This document shows, piece after piece, positions 58,576-64,000 of a stretch of 64,000 bases of DNA; positions within the stretch are counted from its first letter, which is position 1, and the number at the start of each line of letters is the position of its first letter. A program made the translations under genes and the position numbers. This DNA comes from Octopus sinensis (taxonomy: Eukaryota): positions 70,370,001-70,434,000 of the forward strand of contig NC_042999.1 of assembly GCF_006345805.1 (NCBI RefSeq), written 5' to 3'. The notes under the pieces are model-generated. The model was not told the DNA's origin, searched no databases, and saw only the letters and a list, made by a program, of their open reading frames with translations.

Positions 58576-59799
58576 AGTGAGGCCTGCATAATTTCTACAG
58601 AATGATAAAAATTGAGAAGATTTATTTAAGATGAAAAGAATGATTTGCATTTTTAAGCATTCACAATTTTGCTTTCATTAAATGTACTTGATGTTTGTCT
58701 ACATTCATTTGCTTATATCTCTTTTGGTTGTCTTTTTTCTCTTTTTATTACATCTTCTCTGATCCTTGCTCTCTATATGTGTATCCTTTCGTGGGTAGCT
58801 TGCAACTATGTTTCTTGTGAATCCATAGTTTAGGCTAAATTAGCTTTTATAAACAAATACCAATTTTTTTTAAGCAAGCAGATGATAAATGTTTGCACTT
58901 ATGTGCATACATTTAGCAATGGTCACTATAACTGCCTCCCCTGTTCATCTCTCTCTAACTACCTTTCTTAAATCTCACCACCAGAACATCACCCTCTCCT
59001 ATATATTGTATCCTAAACATATCTCTTTCTCTTCACCTTTCCCTTCTGCTAACATCTTAACCACTTAATAAGTATTCTTTCCCCCACCCCACCACACATT
59101 GTTAACACTTCTCTCCCTCTTTTTCTCTTGTTTTTTTTTGCCTCTACCTTCAGCTGACCATGTGACCGTTTGGCCTAAGTGTATTAATATTTATCTTTTT
59201 TCTCTACTTCTTCCTTCACTCCTCCCTCCCTCTCTCTCTCTCACTCCCCCTACACCTCTCTAACTAACTAAAGCGTAACGGGTGAATGAACTAGCAGATT
59301 ATTATATAGATTATGATAACGGTAATGATGGAGATACTGTTCTTCAAATGTTACAGTAAACTTAATTTTTTTACTTCCAGATAAAAGTTCGTCCTTCTGT
59401 CAGTAAACCAGAAATACAAGTCCAAAGAATTTTATATTTCAGACAGCTTTTTCTGTGTTTCCCGGTTAAATTTTGTAATTTTTACAGTTATATTTCTTTT
59501 CTAGAGATTTATTTTTAAATCACAATAAAAATTTCAGAAAAGATTTTTGTTCTGTCACCATTCTGTTTGTTACTGTAAGGAAAATTTCAAAGCAGCTAAG
59601 GAAAAGAAAAAAAAAAAATGAATCCATATTTTAGAATGATATAAAACTTAAAGATGTCAAAACTTTAAGACTGGTTGTTGTTAATAAGACTATTAACCTC
59701 ATTTCCAGAAATGAAATATTTTTTAATGTTTACATCTGTTACACTTTGATCTCTTTTCATCATCAGTGGATGCATAGTGAAGTACTATCCATTTTTTTC

Positions 59800-60370
59800 C
59801 ACATACTGGTTCTGCCTATTCTCCTCTACAGCGCTGAGACCTGAACCAACCTCAAACAGTGCCTGAACAAGCTCGAAATGCAGTGTCTTTGTCAGATCCT
59901 TAATGTCTGAATCTCAAACAACAACATCCAAGAATAATGCCAGCATTAGCCAACCATTGAAGACCAAGTCCAGCAGTGAAAGGCTGGTGGTTTGACCCAA
60001 ACCAACCTCAAACAGCACCTGAATAAGCTCGAAATGCGGTGTCTTTGTCAGATCCATAATATCTATGTGACTGAATTTCAAACAACAACATCCAAGAATA
60101 ATGCCAGCTGTAGCCAACCATTGAAGACCAAGTCCAGCAGTGAAAGGCTACAGTGGTTTGGCCACATCTACTGGATGAGCACTGGAAGACTACCATACCA
60201 ACTTTTTGGTCGCAGCAATTCTTGCACTGGAGAATCCAGTGCAGCACATGAAAGAAAGCATTGGTAAAATAAATTGTGGAAGACCTGAAGTCACAGTGCC
60301 TTGACCATGAGAATGCCAAGGCCAGTGTCATGGATCAGAAAGTGTGGAATAACATCATCACCAGCTAGGG
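59800..60370 (+). mobile_element. LINE ORF2 C-terminal relic with an internal ~150-bp tandem duplication
   Basis: LNKLEMRCLCQI...RLQWFGHIY; 59846-59985 repeated at 60001-60149. Confidence 0.7.
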
Positions 60371-61733
60371 ATTAAGAAGAAAAAGGTTATCTATCATCAT
60401 AAAACTAAAGTAAAGCAGTAAGCTGGTAGAATTGTTAATGTGCTGGACAAAATGCTTAGTAGCATTTCATCTACCTTTACACTCTGAGTTCATGTTCTGC
60501 TAAGGTCAGCTTTGCCATTCATCCTTTTGGGGTTGATAAAATAGGTATCATTTGAACATTGGAGTCGATGTAATTGACTAGCACCCTCCCCACAAAATCC
60601 CAGGCCTTGTGAATTTCATTGTGTCGTAACATGGATAAAAGCAAACAAATAGCTTCCTTGTGCAAGTGCAAGCTAGACTCCCTAAGTGGAGAAAAACTGA
60701 TCTATTTAAGGAAATTGCTGGGTTCCATTGCAATAGGTAGAAACTCAAATCAATACAAAATATGGCCTGGATTGTGATTACCAGCATGAACGTCAAACTT
60801 CAAAAAGTAGTTAACCATTTAATGGTCTTAGTAAATTTATACTGTCCAGCATAAATAAAAGTCAACTTCATTATATTTTTTCTGTAAAAAACTATTCTGA
60901 CACTAAATGAGTCAACTTCCTGTACATCATTTTTCAACAAAAAAAAAAATTTCTAAAAAAATTCTGCAAATGATCTATTCATGTTATTTACACATCCCCT
61001 AAAGTTAATTTTTGTTTTTGCAAAAAAAGTGCATAAATTACATGGATTTTTATGGTACACACACACACACACACACATAATATATATGTGCATGTATATA
61101 TATATGTATGTATATAATATAAATAATATGCATATATGGGTACAGGATGTCACCAACTGTGTAAGCAACATGAAGTATGAAAACAGAGTTAAATATGCAA
61201 ACAATGAGAGGAAAGATACAAAACAGGACAAGTAGCATTCAACGACAAATGAGGAGTAAGTAGATAGATAGCCGACAACTGGTGAAGGGTCATTCCCTGT
61301 GTTACTTGTATATATATATATGAAGGGTCATTCCCTGTGTTACTTGTATATATATATATATATATATATTCTATATTATGATTTAATTGAACGCCACGCA
61401 TCCATTTCCAAGTATATATATATATATATATATTACTCTTTTACTGTTTTACTTGTTTCAGTCATTTGAGTGTGGCCATGCTGAAGCACCACCTTTTAGT
61501 TGAAGAAAGTGATCCATAGACTTATTCTTTAAAAGCCTAGTGCTTATTCTATTGATGTCTTCTGCTGAACCGCTAAATTACGGGGATGTAAACACACCAG
61601 CACCGGTTGTCAAGTGATGGTGAGGGAGGTGGACAAACACAGACACAAATACACACATGAATATATACATATATGTATATAGAACAGGCTTATTTACATT
61701 TGACAGATATTTGTTCTCATCTTGTTTGTTGCT

Positions 61734-61779
61734 AACACAACATTTCAGCTGATATAACCTCCAGCCTTCATCAGGTGTC
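61734..61779 (-). ncRNA. Minimal type-I hammerhead ribozyme in the PLE terminal region
   Basis: GACAC-CTGATGA-a-GGCTG(gaggttatat)CAGCT-GAAA-TG-TT-GTGTT. Confidence 0.7.
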
Positions 61780-61849
61780 TTGGGAAAATTTCGAACCTGG
61801 GTTCTCATTCCTAAGGTATTATTATTATTTTTATTATTATTATTCAAGT

Positions 61850-61920
61850 CACTGCCTGGAATCGAACTCAGAATCTTGGGGTTAGTAGCCTGCACTCTTA
61901 ACCACTACACCATATACCTG
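61850..61920 (-). promoter_or_regulatory. tRNA-like Pol III promoter (A and B boxes) inside the PLE 3' region
   Basis: TGGTGTAGTGGTTAAG...GAGTTCGATTCC. Confidence 0.7.
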
Positions 61921-63664
61921 CGAGCAATTATGGAGTGAATTTTATAAATCTAATATTTTCCTATCCTTCCTTAATACTGGTTCCCATATGCTATTCATAT
62001 CTGCACTCGGTCTGCTTAGGAGGCTGTTGTGTTCTAGCATATGTCTTGCTTCTTTTACTTTTCGTATTTTCCAGTGGTGTTCTCTGTCTATTATTTTAAC
62101 TTCATCCCACAGAGGGAGATGGTTTTCATTTTACCATACATGATCAGCTATACCCGATTTATCAATATCTCCTCATGTCACAGCTTTGTGATGTTCCTCT
62201 ACCCTTATTTTGAGATGGCAGCATGTTTCGCCTTTGTATAACCTACCACAGCTGCATGGGATGGAGTACATGCAGTTTTTGATCATATTCTCTTCTATTG
62301 GTGGTTTTACCCGAAGGAGATATTTGTGAAGTGTTGTATTAACCTTGAATACTATCCTGATGTCATATGGGCCGCATATCTTTTTTATCTTTTCGGAGAG
62401 GCTTTTCACATAGGGTGGAGTAGATAGTATTTTTGGGGGATAGTTGTTGCTTAATAGATTGTTACTGAGCTTGATCATTTCTTCATGGTGGGTATCACGA
62501 TTGCTACTTGTATTCTTTGATCGATGTTTTAGGCACTGAGCAATTTCCCTCTTTACACTATGGATGGTGGGAATTGAAGTTAAGGTATCATCCAGTGAAG
62601 GTTGGCTTGCGGTATACGGATACCCTGAATCCATACTTGGTGTGTGTTATTAATACATCCAGGAATGCTAACTGATTGTCTTTTTCCTTTTCCATTGTGA
62701 ACTGTATTGATGGCTTTATTGAGTTCACATGATCTAACAGCACTTGGACATCTTCCTGGTGGGGCCAGAAGATAAAGGTGTCATCAACATATCACAGCCA
62801 TAGGTTGGTTTTAGTGATGTTGACCCTAAAGCCAAATTCTCAAAGTATTCCATGTATATAATGGCTATTATTGGTGATAATGGTGAACCCATAGCTAAAC
62901 CCTCTTGTCAATATATATCAATGTCCATACTGAAATAGGTAGTTTCTACACAGACGGTCAACATTTCCATCAAGTTTCTTATTGGTATACTAGTGTGTTC
63001 TTTTAGATGGATATCTGTCACTAGTTTTTTTGAATCACCGATAGTGCTTCACCAGTTGGGACTTTGATGAACAGAGTTATTACATCTAGACTCACCATCT
63101 GGTTGTATTCAGTGGGGATATCCTTGATCAATTCTTTGAAGTGGGTGGTATTCTTCACATATGATGTTGACTTTCCTGCTAATTGACTGATTACATCCAC
63201 AAGGAAGCGGCTCAGCGGATGACATGCTGAACCTCTACAGCTCACTATAGGTCTTAATGGAATACCATCCTTGTGAATCTTAGGGAGACCATCAAATGTA
63301 AATAATGTACATAATTCCTCATCTCTTAAATATAGAACTGTATTAGGACAGACTTCTTTCAGTTTCTGTCAACCAAATCCACTCACATAAAAGGCACCCA
63401 GTACACTGTGGAGTTGTTAATATTAGGAAGGGCTCCTAGTCATAGTAGGCAAGCCCAAACAGACTGGAGCCTGGTGCAGCTCTCTGACTTACCATGCTCA
63501 CCATCTTTAGTCAAGCTGTCCAACCCACACCAGCATGGAAAACAGATGTTAAAGGATGATGATGATAACTCTTATAGAATTTTCCAAAAATTAAGAAACC
63601 CATACCTATATTTTAAAGACAGCCCTTGTCTCACTAATTTTTGTAAGACATTAAATGAAGCATT

Positions 63665-63667
63665 TAT

Positions 63668-63744
<77 letters not shown>

Positions 63745-63840
63745 TACATGTATATATACATATATATGTATATATATACATGTATGTATATATATATATA
63801 TATATATATACATATATATGTATATATATATATATATATG

Positions 63841-63871
<31 letters not shown>

Positions 63872-63923
63872 ATATATATATTATATATATACATGTATGT
63901 ATATATATTTATACATATATATA

Positions 63924-63964
<41 letters not shown>

Positions 63965-63965
63965 T

Positions 63966-63998
<33 letters not shown>

Positions 63999-64000
63999 CA
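63665..64000. repeat. (TA)n/(TACA)n microsatellite
   Basis: Direct reading. Confidence 0.98.

Larger units (their letters stand above)
61690..63343 (-). mobile_element. Penelope-like retroelement (RT + GIY-YIG) with an inverted body, inserted in a SINE
   Basis: MVSLDVITLF..VP, GLAMGSPLSP, YVDDTFI, CMYSIPCSCGRLYKGET; imperfect TSD tagaacaggctt/taggacagactt. Confidence 0.9.

Noticed and set aside
58781-58789. Perfect U12 donor GTATCCTTT, plus a branch-like TCCTTAAC at ~57415
   Set aside because: No supportable exon ends there and the order is wrong for one intron; likely chance
63572-63954. YI-repeat ORFs
   Set aside because: Translation of the (TA)n microsatellite

Overview
AT-rich, repeat-dense animal genomic DNA. 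The SINE/RTE/microsatellite landscape suggests a cephalopod, probably Octopus (inference). Two spliced genes sit head-to-head. (1) NCBP1/CBP80 on the minus strand: 13 coding exons traced by hand (ATG at 23442 down to 2669; 1176 nt, 392 aa), continuing off the left edge after a U12-type (GTATCCTT) donor. (2) An RNF212/Zip3-family meiotic RING ligase on the plus strand: ATG at 30014, 13 in-phase exons to 56647, with a GC-AG intron and a 20-nt microexon; the last exon is uncertain. Introns hold tRNA-SINEs, RTE LINE fragments, mariner/maT/Tigger/hAT/piggyBac elements, a non-autonomous Helitron and several Penelope-like elements (PLEs). The most unusual signals are in the PLEs: a tRNA-type Pol III promoter placed just upstream of a minimal hammerhead ribozyme, twin-priming-like inversions, and a ~130-codon low-complexity insert splitting a GIY-YIG motif. 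All calls are by eye; no database searches were run.
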